56,230 nt of DNA from NCBI GenBank assembly GCA_035559535.1, contig DATMBG010000016.1, positions 1 through 56,230 on the forward strand, in the 5' to 3' direction. This document shows positions 18,786 through 28,712 of this stretch, one piece after another. Numbering within the stretch: the stretch's first letter is position 1; each line of letters begins with the position of its first letter. A program made the position numbers and the translations under genes. The DNA is from Candidatus Limnocylindrales bacterium (GTDB lineage: Bacteria; Moduliflexota; Moduliflexia; Moduliflexales; JAUQPW01). Under the pieces are notes generated by a model that made no database searches, was not told the DNA's origin, and worked only from the letters and a program-made list of their open reading frames with translations.

Positions 18786-19386
18786 CTTCTTTCTTCAAAC
18801 CTCTCTTTCGTGCTTTTGGAGATTTCTCTTTCCATCTCGGCAAAAGAGGATAGTCTATTTCAAAATAATCCAGAACCCTCCCCAAAGTTTGATTGACAAC
18901 GTCTTCGATGGTTCTTGGTTGTGTATAAAAAGCCGGAGCCGGGAAAAATACTAAAGCCCCCATTTCAACCACGGCCAGCAGATCCTTCAGGTAATCGGGC
19001 GAGAGAGGGGTTTCCTGGATGAGCAAGGCCAGTTTTCGCTTTTCCTTTAAAACTACATCGGCAGCTCGGGAAATAAGGGTATCAGATAGGCAGTTGGCGA
19101 TGGTAAACAGAGTATCTCTGGAGCAGGGAACCAGAATCATGCCGAGGGTTCGAAAAGATCCACTGGCAATACTGGCCCCGATATCCTGATTATTATGAAA
19201 AACATGGGCCAGGGCTTTGACCTTCTCAACTTCCCAGTCGGTTTCCTGTTCAATCCGTCGCTCCCCTTCTTTGGAAATGATCAGGTGAACCTCTAGCTTC
19301 GGCTGCTGTCGAAGAATTTCAAGGAGACGAATTCCATAAATAACTCCCGAAGCTCCTGTAATACCGACAATGATTCTTCTTTTCAT
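18766..19386 (-). CDS. ubiX: UbiX-family flavin prenyltransferase (divergent)
   Basis: VGITGASGVIYG, IASGSF, RAADVVLKE, ETP, PAFY, RW. Confidence 0.9.
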   Translation of the reverse strand: MKRRIIVGITGASGVIYGIRLLEILRQQPKLEVHLIISKEGERRIEQETDWEVEKVKALAHVFHNNQDIGASIASGSFRTLGMILVPCSRDTLFTIANCLSDTLISRAADVVLKEKRKLALLIQETPLSPDYLKDLLAVVEMGALVFFPAPAFYTQPRTIEDVVNQTLGRVLDYFEIDYPLLPRWKEKSPKARKRGLKKEDGRIGA

Positions 19387-19435
19387 AGGATATAGTGAAG
19401 GGTGATGTATAAAAATACCCGGTCCGTGAGGATGG

Positions 19436-21610
19436 TTATTTTAATATATCTGCCAAGGACTCTGAAAGGCTACTCAATTTTGCAGGTTCAGGAGGTTCTT
19501 TGTCCGTCATCCCTCCATCACCTGCATAAAGAAGAATCAGCTTTTCCACACGAAGCACGCTATCTGCCAACTTAAAATCCAGAGGAAGGGTTCTATACAG
19601 GCTTATTTTTTTTATTTTCATCGGCTTTTCCAAATCAAATTGAGCATAATAATTATAACTTTCAAACCAGGGGCCTTTGCGGATATGGGTCACCCAGGCA
19701 GTATAAATCATGGCCCGATTGTGGGCGAGAAAAGGTTGAATATCCGGATTCCCGAAAGCCCACTCTGAGGTATGTTCGCCTACCAGAATGGGAAAGGATT
19801 GGATCTCTTCCTTATCCGAAGACAGGGTTAAGAAGGCTATGGCATTGGATTGGGGAAATCCTACGGAATTAGCCAGACTGGAGACCAGAATCAGGGACCT
19901 GGTCAAAGGAATCGAGTCCTCTTCTAATTTAATTTCCCAGGCCGGTTTATTCAAGGACAGGTAGAAAGGGGGTATACCCGGAACAGAATACCGGCGGGGG
20001 GCCTTGATGAACAGGAACAGGGGAATCAAAAGGAAAAGAATCCCTATACCGATTCTCCTTACCCTCTTGCTCCCCCCCTCCCAAGCCAGGAGAGGAGGGA
20101 TCAGATATCCCAGACATATCAGGAATCCAAATACCGGTACCCAGACTCCCCAGGAGGGCCAGAAGGATTCCGAGGCTAGGGTAGGATAAAAAAACAAAAT
20201 TTCTCGACCGAGATTTTCCGCCAGATCGACCTGGAAATTTCGGAATTTTCCTATCAAAGAGGGAATGTTACAATATCCCAGCAGGAGAGAGATCACCAGA
20301 CTTAAATTCACCAGGAAAACGATCAAGACAGGCCCGAAAGAGAAAGGAATGGGGCTATGGAAGGATGATCCGTCCTTTTTTCCAAACATGCGTCCAAAAA
20401 ATAACGCCATAAATCCTCCCAGGGCAGGAAGGAGGGGGATAATATCTTCCGGGTCAAAGGGTCTGACCAGCTCTGAACTGAAGGGACTGGCCGGAAAACC
20501 GTAACGGATCAGGCAGAGGAGAAGGTAAGCGAATAAGGCCGGGGTTAAGACTAAAAATTTCTTATTCAAACCTTCCCGGAGAAGAACGCCTGCGCCCAGG
20601 AAAGCCAATAGATAGAGGGGTGCATAGCTGAAAAGCCCGAGTTGTCTATCGAGAAGGAGTGCAAAGACGCCTTCCAGAAAAGAAGGGGGGTGGAAGGTCG
20701 GATTAGGAACTATAGTTTTAAAGGCAAGACCTAAAAGAACCATCATCAGAGCAAACAAAATCGCCCGGCTTTCGATGCTTGTTTGGGCAAGTTTTTCCAA
20801 AACCCACCATTTCCCCACCCTCAACAGGTACCCCAATAGATAGGCCCCCCCCAGAGTAACCCATCCCAGCCAGAGGGGTGTAAAACGTAAAGGAATCTGG
20901 ACCAAAGGAAAGTTGAAGGTCACTGAAAGCCAGACCAAAAACGAAGCGGTCAAAGAGCCGGATAAACTCAGACTTAACAGGAAAACTCCTGGAGTCAGGC
21001 AGGCAATCAAAAGGGTCTTAATAAAGAATCCCCCCACCCAAGTAAAAGGATAAGGAGAGGTTTGGGTCAGAGGGACCAGAAGGATATAACCTCCCAGGTT
21101 CAGGAAGAAAAGAAATAAAATCAACTTTCTCAAATCCAGATCCGGCTTTTCCAGGTTAGAAGAAACCCGCTGATCCAGGGTAAATAATTTAAGGCTAAAA
21201 TAGCTTAAAAAAATTCCTTTGATAAAAATTAAACTCAGCAAGAAGAGTTCAAACCAGAAATTAAAATCCCGGAGTCTTTCCCAGAAAAATTCCAAAGCCA
21301 GAAACGCAAGGGCGAAAGGATAGGTAAAGAGATCGACTTTCCGAGCAGTTCCTTTTATTTCTTGCCGGGTTCTAATTCGGAACAGCCATTCATAGAAGAA
21401 GAGGAAAGTAAGATAGACTAAAGGGATCCAGACCGCATACAGATAAGCTGCGGGAACGGGCAGAAAATTCTGAAAAGCAAGGTTCTGGGAAGGGGGGAAC
21501 AACCGGTATAGAAAAATTCCCAGAAGTACGGAAAAAATCAGGTTAATGAAAGGGTTAAACAGCTTCAAAGGGAACTGCTTGTTTGTAGGTCCCACCCCTT
21601 CCCTCTCCAT
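19436..21610 (-). CDS. Polytopic membrane protein (possibly GT-C-like) with C-terminal soluble domain; start uncertain
   Basis: More than 12 hydrophobic segments; LLLDRQLGLFSYAP motif; annotated ATG lies within a palindrome. Confidence 0.75.
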   Translation of the reverse strand: MEREGVGPTNKQFPLKLFNPFINLIFSVLLGIFLYRLFPPSQNLAFQNFLPVPAAYLYAVWIPLVYLTFLFFYEWLFRIRTRQEIKGTARKVDLFTYPFALAFLALEFFWERLRDFNFWFELFLLSLIFIKGIFLSYFSLKLFTLDQRVSSNLEKPDLDLRKLILFLFFLNLGGYILLVPLTQTSPYPFTWVGGFFIKTLLIACLTPGVFLLSLSLSGSLTASFLVWLSVTFNFPLVQIPLRFTPLWLGWVTLGGAYLLGYLLRVGKWWVLEKLAQTSIESRAILFALMMVLLGLAFKTIVPNPTFHPPSFLEGVFALLLDRQLGLFSYAPLYLLAFLGAGVLLREGLNKKFLVLTPALFAYLLLCLIRYGFPASPFSSELVRPFDPEDIIPLLPALGGFMALFFGRMFGKKDGSSFHSPIPFSFGPVLIVFLVNLSLVISLLLGYCNIPSLIGKFRNFQVDLAENLGREILFFYPTLASESFWPSWGVWVPVFGFLICLGYLIPPLLAWEGGSKRVRRIGIGILFLLIPLFLFIKAPRRYSVPGIPPFYLSLNKPAWEIKLEEDSIPLTRSLILVSSLANSVGFPQSNAIAFLTLSSDKEEIQSFPILVGEHTSEWAFGNPDIQPFLAHNRAMIYTAWVTHIRKGPWFESYNYYAQFDLEKPMKIKKISLYRTLPLDFKLADSVLRVEKLILLYAGDGGMTDKEPPEPAKLSSLSESLADILK

Positions 21611-21652
21611 GGACGGGGAGGGAAGGGGTGGGACCTACAAACAAGCAGTTCC
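21571..21652. repeat. Perfect 35-bp inverted repeat with 12-nt loop (family B core)
   Basis: GGAACTGCTTGTTTGTAGGTCCCACCCCTTCCCTC at 21571-21605 and its exact reverse complement at 21618-21652. Confidence 0.95.
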
Positions 21653-21713
21653 TGACTACACCAAAAGAAAGGAGCCACATATTTTACCATGGGCCCTGAC
21701 TTTATCCAAGGTA

Positions 21714-24128
21714 CTATTTGCCACCAGAAGCCGACACGGGAAGATCTCCGGCCAGTCCCCAAAACGATACCATGGGGAAAGCGGTATTGAACCCGGAGGA
21801 GGAGGTAGCAATATGCCATATTCCAAACCCAAAGGAGGTGTTAAAAATTCCCAGATCGGTTTTCCCATCCCCATCAAAATCCGCTGGAACTGGAAGATCT
21901 CCCTGGGCTCCAAAAACTCTTTGAACGGATTTACCGTTTACCAATGCGATCCAGGCTCCGGTACCGGGTCTCCAGACTGCTACATTGGCTTTAGTATCCC
22001 CATCGTAATCTGCCGGGACCGGTATATCTCCACTTTTTCCAAGATTGAAAATTTGAACGCCTCCTCCGGAGTTCAGGATAAACCATTGCCCCGTTGAAGA
22101 TCTGAAGACGGCCAGATCATCCTTTCCATCCCCATCGTAATCGGCAGGAGCCGGTATATCTCCGGCTTTTCCCCAGTTTAAGACCACGGGTAAACCCCCA
22201 CCGGAGGGAAGGATATACCAGTCTCCGGTTGAAGGTCTCCAGACGGCAAGATCGGTTTTCTGATCGCCATCATAATCCTTAGGAACCGGAATATCGCCTG
22301 ACTGGCCCCAGGTGAAAAGATTGTCCACTCCACCCAGAAGGAGATGCCAGTCTCCGGTTGAAGGTCTCCAGACGGCAAGATCTGCGATTCGGTCTCCATC
22401 ATAATCCCCCGGAGTTGGGATATCACCTGCAAGCCCGAAGGGAAAACCGAAAATGGAAGTTCCCTGTATAAACCACTGTCCGGTGGAAGGGGTATAGACT
22501 CCGATATCCGCCAGATTATCTCCATTATAATCTGCCAGGCCTGCAAGGGGGACGGATAATTCTGAGGGACTAATCCCTGATCCTGTATCGTTGAATAGTC
22601 CAGTTCCTCTGGCATTGGCCTTAAACTGGGGCCAGGGGAGTACCGACCCTCCTCCGGTTTGTTGCAAAATCTGAAGACTGGTCCCCTCGACCACGATCTC
22701 CTGACGTCCATCTCCATCTATGTCCCCAAGGGCAGGGGTATTATTTAGCAGGTTAGGAATAGAGGTACTGGAGAGAAGGGTTCCGTTGGCCCGAACGATG
22801 TTTAACTTTCCGAAAGCAACAACGATAATTTCAGGGATTCCATCCCCATCCACATCTCCAAGAACCGGGGAAGCCAGAAAACCTGTAGCCCCAGGTGCTG
22901 CTTTATCTAAGGTTACCGGAAAACCCGGAAGCAAAGCACCGGTATTTCCTTTAAATCCATAGAGCTTATCATCATCACTCCGGACAAATACCTCCAAAAT
23001 CCCATCTCCATCCACATCTCCCACAGCCGGAGAACTGGGAACCTGAAATCCTCCTGTGGTTCGACTCCAGAGGAGCCGACCCGTTTTGGTATCATAGGCA
23101 AAGACGGTTTGATTGGTCGCTCCACTGGGGGGTTGTTTAAAAGGTCGACCCGTTCCAAATACTATATCCAGACGACCGTCGTTATTTATATCGGCAAGGG
23201 CCGGGGTGGAATTAAAGACTTCATCAATATTGACAACCAGGTTGACCTTAGCCGGGCATAAGGGACAGAAAGGGTCGGGAGGACAATTAGCGGGTTTCAC
23301 AAAAGGGGTATTGGTATCGAATTTGCCGGTTTTTCCATCAATCACCAAAAGCCCACCCCCAGGCTTTGCCAGGGTAAAATTGACGGCGGCTGCACAGGGT
23401 CTTGCATCGTTGGCCTCAATTCCAAGAATAACTTCGGGTTGTGGATCATTATCAATATTGGCAATAACAGGTGAAGAAAAGATGGTATCTCCGGTTTTTA
23501 TCCCGTTATATAAAGTGGGTACACCCTGTTCATCCACCAGATCAGACCAAAAGGTGTTTCCATTGATATCCATCGCCCTGAGAATCTGATCGAAACTCCC
23601 CACTACAATGTCTAAAATTCCATCTCCATTTAGATCTCCCAGAGCAGGCGATACAATACTGCTATCCGGGACGTTATCCGGAGGATCTATACTCCGATTA
23701 TCAAAGACAAAAATCTGCCTTTGTAGAGGGGGAAGCAACCCTCCGGTATCCAGTAGTTTCAATAAAATCACACCCCCCGGACTCGTGGATTGAAAATTTA
23801 TATTTCCGGTTGTAACTACAATCTCCAGAAGCCCATCCCCGTCCATATCCGCTACAGCCGGAGTTCCTTGAACCGAAGTCGGAAAGCCGTTTATCCGCAA
23901 AGGAACCTGCCAGAGTAATCTGCCGGTCCCATCAAATCCGTTCAAATTACCGGCTTCATCCCCGGCTATAATCTTCAAAGTGGCGGGATTATTATCCAGA
24001 TTCACAATGCGAGGAGAGGTAAAAGGAGCCCTTCCAAGGTTATTTTGGGCAAAAACCAGACCCTCAAAAGCCCAGATGGCCAGAAGCATCCCTGCAAAAT
24101 AGCCCATAACTTGTCGCTTTGAGATCAT
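21714..24128 (-). CDS. Secreted FG-GAP/VCBS repeat protein
   Basis: Signal peptide; many PAxGDxDGDGxxEI and PVPADYDGDGKxDLAVWRPSTGxW repeats. Confidence 0.93.
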   Translation of the reverse strand: MISKRQVMGYFAGMLLAIWAFEGLVFAQNNLGRAPFTSPRIVNLDNNPATLKIIAGDEAGNLNGFDGTGRLLWQVPLRINGFPTSVQGTPAVADMDGDGLLEIVVTTGNINFQSTSPGGVILLKLLDTGGLLPPLQRQIFVFDNRSIDPPDNVPDSSIVSPALGDLNGDGILDIVVGSFDQILRAMDINGNTFWSDLVDEQGVPTLYNGIKTGDTIFSSPVIANIDNDPQPEVILGIEANDARPCAAAVNFTLAKPGGGLLVIDGKTGKFDTNTPFVKPANCPPDPFCPLCPAKVNLVVNIDEVFNSTPALADINNDGRLDIVFGTGRPFKQPPSGATNQTVFAYDTKTGRLLWSRTTGGFQVPSSPAVGDVDGDGILEVFVRSDDDKLYGFKGNTGALLPGFPVTLDKAAPGATGFLASPVLGDVDGDGIPEIIVVAFGKLNIVRANGTLLSSTSIPNLLNNTPALGDIDGDGRQEIVVEGTSLQILQQTGGGSVLPWPQFKANARGTGLFNDTGSGISPSELSVPLAGLADYNGDNLADIGVYTPSTGQWFIQGTSIFGFPFGLAGDIPTPGDYDGDRIADLAVWRPSTGDWHLLLGGVDNLFTWGQSGDIPVPKDYDGDQKTDLAVWRPSTGDWYILPSGGGLPVVLNWGKAGDIPAPADYDGDGKDDLAVFRSSTGQWFILNSGGGVQIFNLGKSGDIPVPADYDGDTKANVAVWRPGTGAWIALVNGKSVQRVFGAQGDLPVPADFDGDGKTDLGIFNTSFGFGIWHIATSSSGFNTAFPMVSFWGLAGDLPVSASGGK

Positions 24129-24258
24129 AAGTTTCCCTTTACTCTAAAGTACGCCTTCCGATATCAGCAAATCCCATACATCCTTTGCCTTGCCGTCCAG
24201 CGTATGGTTAGTTTATCTTGACCTATAGACAATGACTTTGATACAGTTTTTGATTTAT

Positions 24259-24274
24259 AGCAAACTTAGTACCA
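24259..24274 (-). promoter_or_regulatory. Putative sigma54 (-24/-12) promoter
   Basis: Minus strand reads TGGTACTAAGTTTGCT, matching TGGCAC-N5-TTGCW spacing, 130 bp upstream of the FG-GAP gene. Confidence 0.6.
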
Positions 24275-24374
24275 GAGTCTTCAGAAGGTTAAACAAAGTG
24301 AATTATCTCCGGCTTACCCAACCCCTCTAAGCCTCCGGAAACTCATGCCTTGTAAAGCTGATGGGGTATAGTTC

Positions 24375-24705
24375 TCTTCCCTCACCTCCGGCCCCCCTAC
24401 GCGCCAGGATAAGGGGTCCCCACCCTATCCCTCGCCCGTTTCACAAGGAAGCCCCCCTTTCCTCTATATCCCCCCGCACGTGGGTGGAAGTGAAGGGAGG
24501 AAACTTCGCTTCAAAGTCCCTTCCCTTGCAAAGCGGGGAAAGGTTAGTAGGTTAAACGTCTCGTTTGACTCCCCCAAACGTCTCGTTTGACATTAAGGAG
24601 ATCCTTCTCAGGGATCTCACTCTTATCCTGGCGTCTAGGCTCCAGGCCTCTCTCCCAAGCTGTGGGAGAGAGGTGTAGGGGTAAGGGCAAAAATTTAACC
24701 CTACC
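24375..24705. repeat. Cluster of GC-rich CCC../..GGG hairpins (family B) and family C REPs
   Basis: CCCCCGCACGTGGG, CCTCTCTCCCAAGCTGTGGGAGAGAGG, duplicated AAACGTCTCGTTTGAC. Confidence 0.65.
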
Positions 24706-24741
24706 CTAGACTGATTTTTTCAGGACAGAATCCCAGTATAT

Positions 24742-25974
24742 TTAGTTGGAGTTGTCAAGAGATTTTTGGACTACTTCCATCTCTTTCAGTTTCTTGTAAA
24801 TAAACTCGGCTGCCAGTCGGTGACCTTCCACATTCCAGTGCCCATCAGAGGCGTAATGAAACTGTATGGGCCGATCGGCTTTTTTAAGATAATCCCGAAA
24901 CAAGGGGGTCAGGGCAAGGAAAGGAATCGAATGCTCCTGACAGAAATCCTCCAGAATTTTATCGGGTTTGTCGATGTCCCAGTTTACGGAGGCATATCTC
25001 TTGAGCTGATCTGCAAAAGTACCATCGATAAAGGAATCCCGGTTAGTCAAGGAAACAAGCAAAAACCCGGCGTGATGGTCCCCGGCTTCTTTCTTGATTT
25101 TTAAGATCAATTTCTGGGTAATATCCCAGGCTTCCCGCCACTCCGGCGTAAGTCTGGGATTATAAAGACCCCAGAAATCCCTCTCGGTATGCTGAGGCAA
25201 AAACCATCTGCGAAGCCCGGGAGCAGTACGGATTTTTTGTAAAATAAATCGGTAAGTATAAAGATTCTCCCAGAAGGGAATGCGGATTGCCCGGGGTGGA
25301 ATGAGTTTCAGGTCGCCATTGCCATCTGGAATAAAGTAAGGACGATAGGCCCGTTCCCATTCGGTTCCTGCCATGGATTTTTCCAGCTTTAAGGAATTAT
25401 TTAAAACATCATTTAAGGATAAAAAAGCCAGAATAACAAGATCCGGTTGATAACGGAGTCCATATTCTTTAAGAAGTAGATATTCCTGACCGGTCCCGTA
25501 GGCCGCTACGCCTAAATTTAACACTTCAAATTTTTTCTTAGAGGGATTATCCTTGACCATGTCTCCATTCAAAAGGGTTTCCAGTATCTTGGCAAACGTC
25601 TGCTCCAACGGAACTTGAAGCCCTTCCGTCATGGAATCTCCCAGTACAATAATTCTAAAAACCCCCTCCGGTTTCTCCAAAGAATATTCCAGATCCCGAA
25701 ACCCGGCGGAGTTGATTCGGATCAGGTTGGAAAATTCCTGATTTTCCCACCGACCTTCTTTATTGGGAATCAAAGACCAGCCTAAAGAAGGATGGGGTTG
25801 CCAGAAGCTGGTCGGAGGTCGTTCATGGGGAGGCAGGGATACCAACAGCCGCAGGCCCACTTCCAAAAATAAAAAGCAGAGAAAAAGAACCCCGGTTAAT
25901 AAAAAAAGATTCTGTAAAATGGACTTCAAGTTCCTATAAAGGGCTCCCTTCATGGGAAGGTTTCGTGTCTTCAT
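24742..25974 (-). CDS. Membrane-anchored SGNH/GDSL hydrolase family protein
   Basis: LGDSMTEG, NLGV, ND, DGHWN; N-terminal TM; INSAGFRD. Confidence 0.9.
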   Translation of the reverse strand: MKTRNLPMKGALYRNLKSILQNLFLLTGVLFLCFLFLEVGLRLLVSLPPHERPPTSFWQPHPSLGWSLIPNKEGRWENQEFSNLIRINSAGFRDLEYSLEKPEGVFRIIVLGDSMTEGLQVPLEQTFAKILETLLNGDMVKDNPSKKKFEVLNLGVAAYGTGQEYLLLKEYGLRYQPDLVILAFLSLNDVLNNSLKLEKSMAGTEWERAYRPYFIPDGNGDLKLIPPRAIRIPFWENLYTYRFILQKIRTAPGLRRWFLPQHTERDFWGLYNPRLTPEWREAWDITQKLILKIKKEAGDHHAGFLLVSLTNRDSFIDGTFADQLKRYASVNWDIDKPDKILEDFCQEHSIPFLALTPLFRDYLKKADRPIQFHYASDGHWNVEGHRLAAEFIYKKLKEMEVVQKSLDNSN

Positions 25975-28588
25975 ACCTGATAAATCGGATACGCTTAAAA
26001 TTTACCCCCAACTTCCTCATCTCCCCATAAATGTTTGGGGATATCCCATAAGCATACGTGAACTTAATTTTATTAAGGGCTTTTACCTTTTCCGCCGGGA
26101 AGACCACTTCATAATCCTTGTAAACGGGAGAATCTAAAACTACGGTATCGACTCGACTCCCATTAAGATAAATCTCCAGGGTTTGTACTTTATTAGAAAT
26201 TCTAAACGGAAAAGCCGTTATCAAGACTTTGTAAGGTCTATTTTCTTGAAGGGGAACGATCAATTCAGATTCCATTCCATCGGACCACCGGGACCGGTTA
26301 TCCTCCTTACCTTCCGGGCCGGAAAACCCGTTTAACAAGTAAATCGAAGCGCTTTTATCACCCAAAACGATCTCTTCCACTGTAACGGGATTTAAGCTTA
26401 AATAAGTTATTTTGTCAACTGTTACATAGTGTTTAAAGAATTTTCCATCGGGTAACCGAACAGGCCCTTCTGGATCCACCCGATCTATGAGAATTTTATC
26501 TTTTAATGAATAAAAAGGTTCAAAATCAGAGATTGTATCTCCCACCACACAGATATTCTTTAAATTTAGGACATTTCTGGTATTGGAAAGGGATCGATCC
26601 AGATCTCCTTCGAATACCGTCGCTTTCATTTTACCCAATCCACCTAGCACATACACATAGGAATTCAGGTAGGTTCCGATCACGGCTTCACAGCCGGAGT
26701 TACTAAGTACTTCTCCAGATTGAAAGGTTAAAGAAGTCGATAAGAACATCTCTTCTTTTCTCTCTTTCAGGAGATGGTTGCCTTTTCCCAGGGTCGTAAA
26801 CAAGGCCAGAAGTATACCTGTGGTACATAGACTAAATAGAATTTTTCTCTGGCCGATTAAAAAAATTCTCCAGACGGCCAATATGCTCACCGAGGAAGCC
26901 AGAAAAAGTAACTGGATCCCGGTTACAAAATACCGGGGATGGGCCAGGTTGGCATAAAACCATCCGTTAAAGAGGGGGATGATCAGACCGGAGACCCCCA
27001 GGATCAGCAGGCTCAACCAAAGGAAAAAATAAAAAATAGAAATCGCATCGTTTATCCTGTACCGAAACCAGATATAAAACCAGAGTAAAAAAAAGAACAT
27101 ATGGAGAATCCCAATACTTAGCCATACAGAAAGTGGAAGAAAATGATAGAGATTATAAACGGCTTCTCCCAAATAAGGTCGCACCTGATTCCAGGTCGCA
27201 AAACCCAGATACTCGGCATGATAGGGCGAAAGGTTTTTGAGGAGTGATACCCCTCCCAAAGAAATACCCCCATTCCACCAATACCACATCCTGATCTTCT
27301 TATTTACAAAGAAATCTACCATGGTAAAGGCTACAGCCAATATGGCCAGAAATAGTATCGTCAGATCGTTTATCCAGGATGCCAGAGCAGAAAAAACCAT
27401 CAGAGGAAGAAATCCTTTAGAAGAATGGATAAACTTTCTTAAAGCCAGGAGGATGGTCATACTTAGCAGAAACAAATACTCCGGGGCGAAAGCAATATCC
27501 AGGGTGGCATACTCCAGGGTATGGATATCTGGAATGGGGATAAAGGTAGGAATCAAAAAGATAAAACCCAGAGGCAGGAAAAAGAACTTCCATTTTCGGC
27601 CGGGATCCTCTAAGAAGAGGGGAACGGAAAAGCCAAGGGTAATAGAAAATGCCAGTAATAATGTGATAAAGGGAAGCAGACCGGTCGTACCCAAAAGCCC
27701 GAAATAAATTTTTGCCAACCAACAGATAAGATTTCCTCTTCTGGCCTGGCCCCAGTAGTAAATATTCTCAGCCAGAGGCGTATTTTCCACGATCATATTC
27801 AGTACAATGGCCGAATCTGAGTTAAAATAAACGGCTTTGGTGGGGTCTACAAAAGGGTAGATAAGAAAGGTAGTTATTATCACCGGAAGCGAAGACAAAA
27901 GATAATATTTCCAGGGTTGTTGGGGCCATAGGGTACCCTGTAAAGACCTTTTGAACAGGTAAAGTCCTGAGAAAGAACCGAGGATCCCCAACCAGGTCCA
28001 CTTAAGGAACTCCTTACCTCGATGAAATCCCTGTCGAAGTTTATAATCCCGGTTGTTGAAAGGATAGGGCGATAAAACGGAAGAAGGGATTTTTTCCAGG
28101 GGCTGATCTCCCAAAGCCCAGAACACATCCATACGATAGAAACCCCCGGCCTGAAAATACCTTATGTGGATGGGATAAACCCCGGGCTCCAGATTAATCT
28201 GACCTTTAACTTCTTTTAATCCATGGAGGCCCCCATTATCTACAACCCGCCGGTTATTCACAAAAAGATCGGACCCATCATCCGAAGCAGTCATAAAGGT
28301 GTAAGACCCGGGTTTCTCTATCCAGATGAACCCCTTCCACTCAACACTGAATTTATTTTCTGAAAACGCCCTACGACGCTTGTTTAGCACAGCCGTGGAA
28401 ATCTCAGAGTCTACGGTTATCAATTGAGGCTCCCCCTGCCAATTTGGATTTGCATAGTATTTACCCTCTAATCCAGAAGGGATTGCAAGATAGTAGGCCA
28501 GCAGATAGACCGTCCAGGATATAAGAAACAGGCCTGTGAGATAGAGAGTTTGCAGCTTTTTTAAGGGTATTTTCTTTAAGATTAACAT
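25934..28588 (-). CDS. PA14-domain polytopic membrane protein (possible GT-C glycosyltransferase)
   Basis: GLEGKYY, FSVEWKG, SDDGS, DNGGLH PA14 motifs, then many TM helices and a beta-rich C-terminus; ATG 28588 preferred over 28621. Confidence 0.85.
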   Translation of the reverse strand: MLILKKIPLKKLQTLYLTGLFLISWTVYLLAYYLAIPSGLEGKYYANPNWQGEPQLITVDSEISTAVLNKRRRAFSENKFSVEWKGFIWIEKPGSYTFMTASDDGSDLFVNNRRVVDNGGLHGLKEVKGQINLEPGVYPIHIRYFQAGGFYRMDVFWALGDQPLEKIPSSVLSPYPFNNRDYKLRQGFHRGKEFLKWTWLGILGSFSGLYLFKRSLQGTLWPQQPWKYYLLSSLPVIITTFLIYPFVDPTKAVYFNSDSAIVLNMIVENTPLAENIYYWGQARRGNLICWLAKIYFGLLGTTGLLPFITLLLAFSITLGFSVPLFLEDPGRKWKFFFLPLGFIFLIPTFIPIPDIHTLEYATLDIAFAPEYLFLLSMTILLALRKFIHSSKGFLPLMVFSALASWINDLTILFLAILAVAFTMVDFFVNKKIRMWYWWNGGISLGGVSLLKNLSPYHAEYLGFATWNQVRPYLGEAVYNLYHFLPLSVWLSIGILHMFFFLLWFYIWFRYRINDAISIFYFFLWLSLLILGVSGLIIPLFNGWFYANLAHPRYFVTGIQLLFLASSVSILAVWRIFLIGQRKILFSLCTTGILLALFTTLGKGNHLLKERKEEMFLSTSLTFQSGEVLSNSGCEAVIGTYLNSYVYVLGGLGKMKATVFEGDLDRSLSNTRNVLNLKNICVVGDTISDFEPFYSLKDKILIDRVDPEGPVRLPDGKFFKHYVTVDKITYLSLNPVTVEEIVLGDKSASIYLLNGFSGPEGKEDNRSRWSDGMESELIVPLQENRPYKVLITAFPFRISNKVQTLEIYLNGSRVDTVVLDSPVYKDYEVVFPAEKVKALNKIKFTYAYGISPNIYGEMRKLGVNFKRIRFIRYEDTKPSHEGSPL

Positions 28589-28712
28589 AACTGCCACAAT
28601 AAATCCTTCTTGACATGCCATCTAAAATATATTAGATACTTGAAGAACGTCCAGTAAACTTTTCAGGAAAACGAAAAACAAAGAAGGTTTTTAGATAAAA
28701 AAGCGCAATTTC

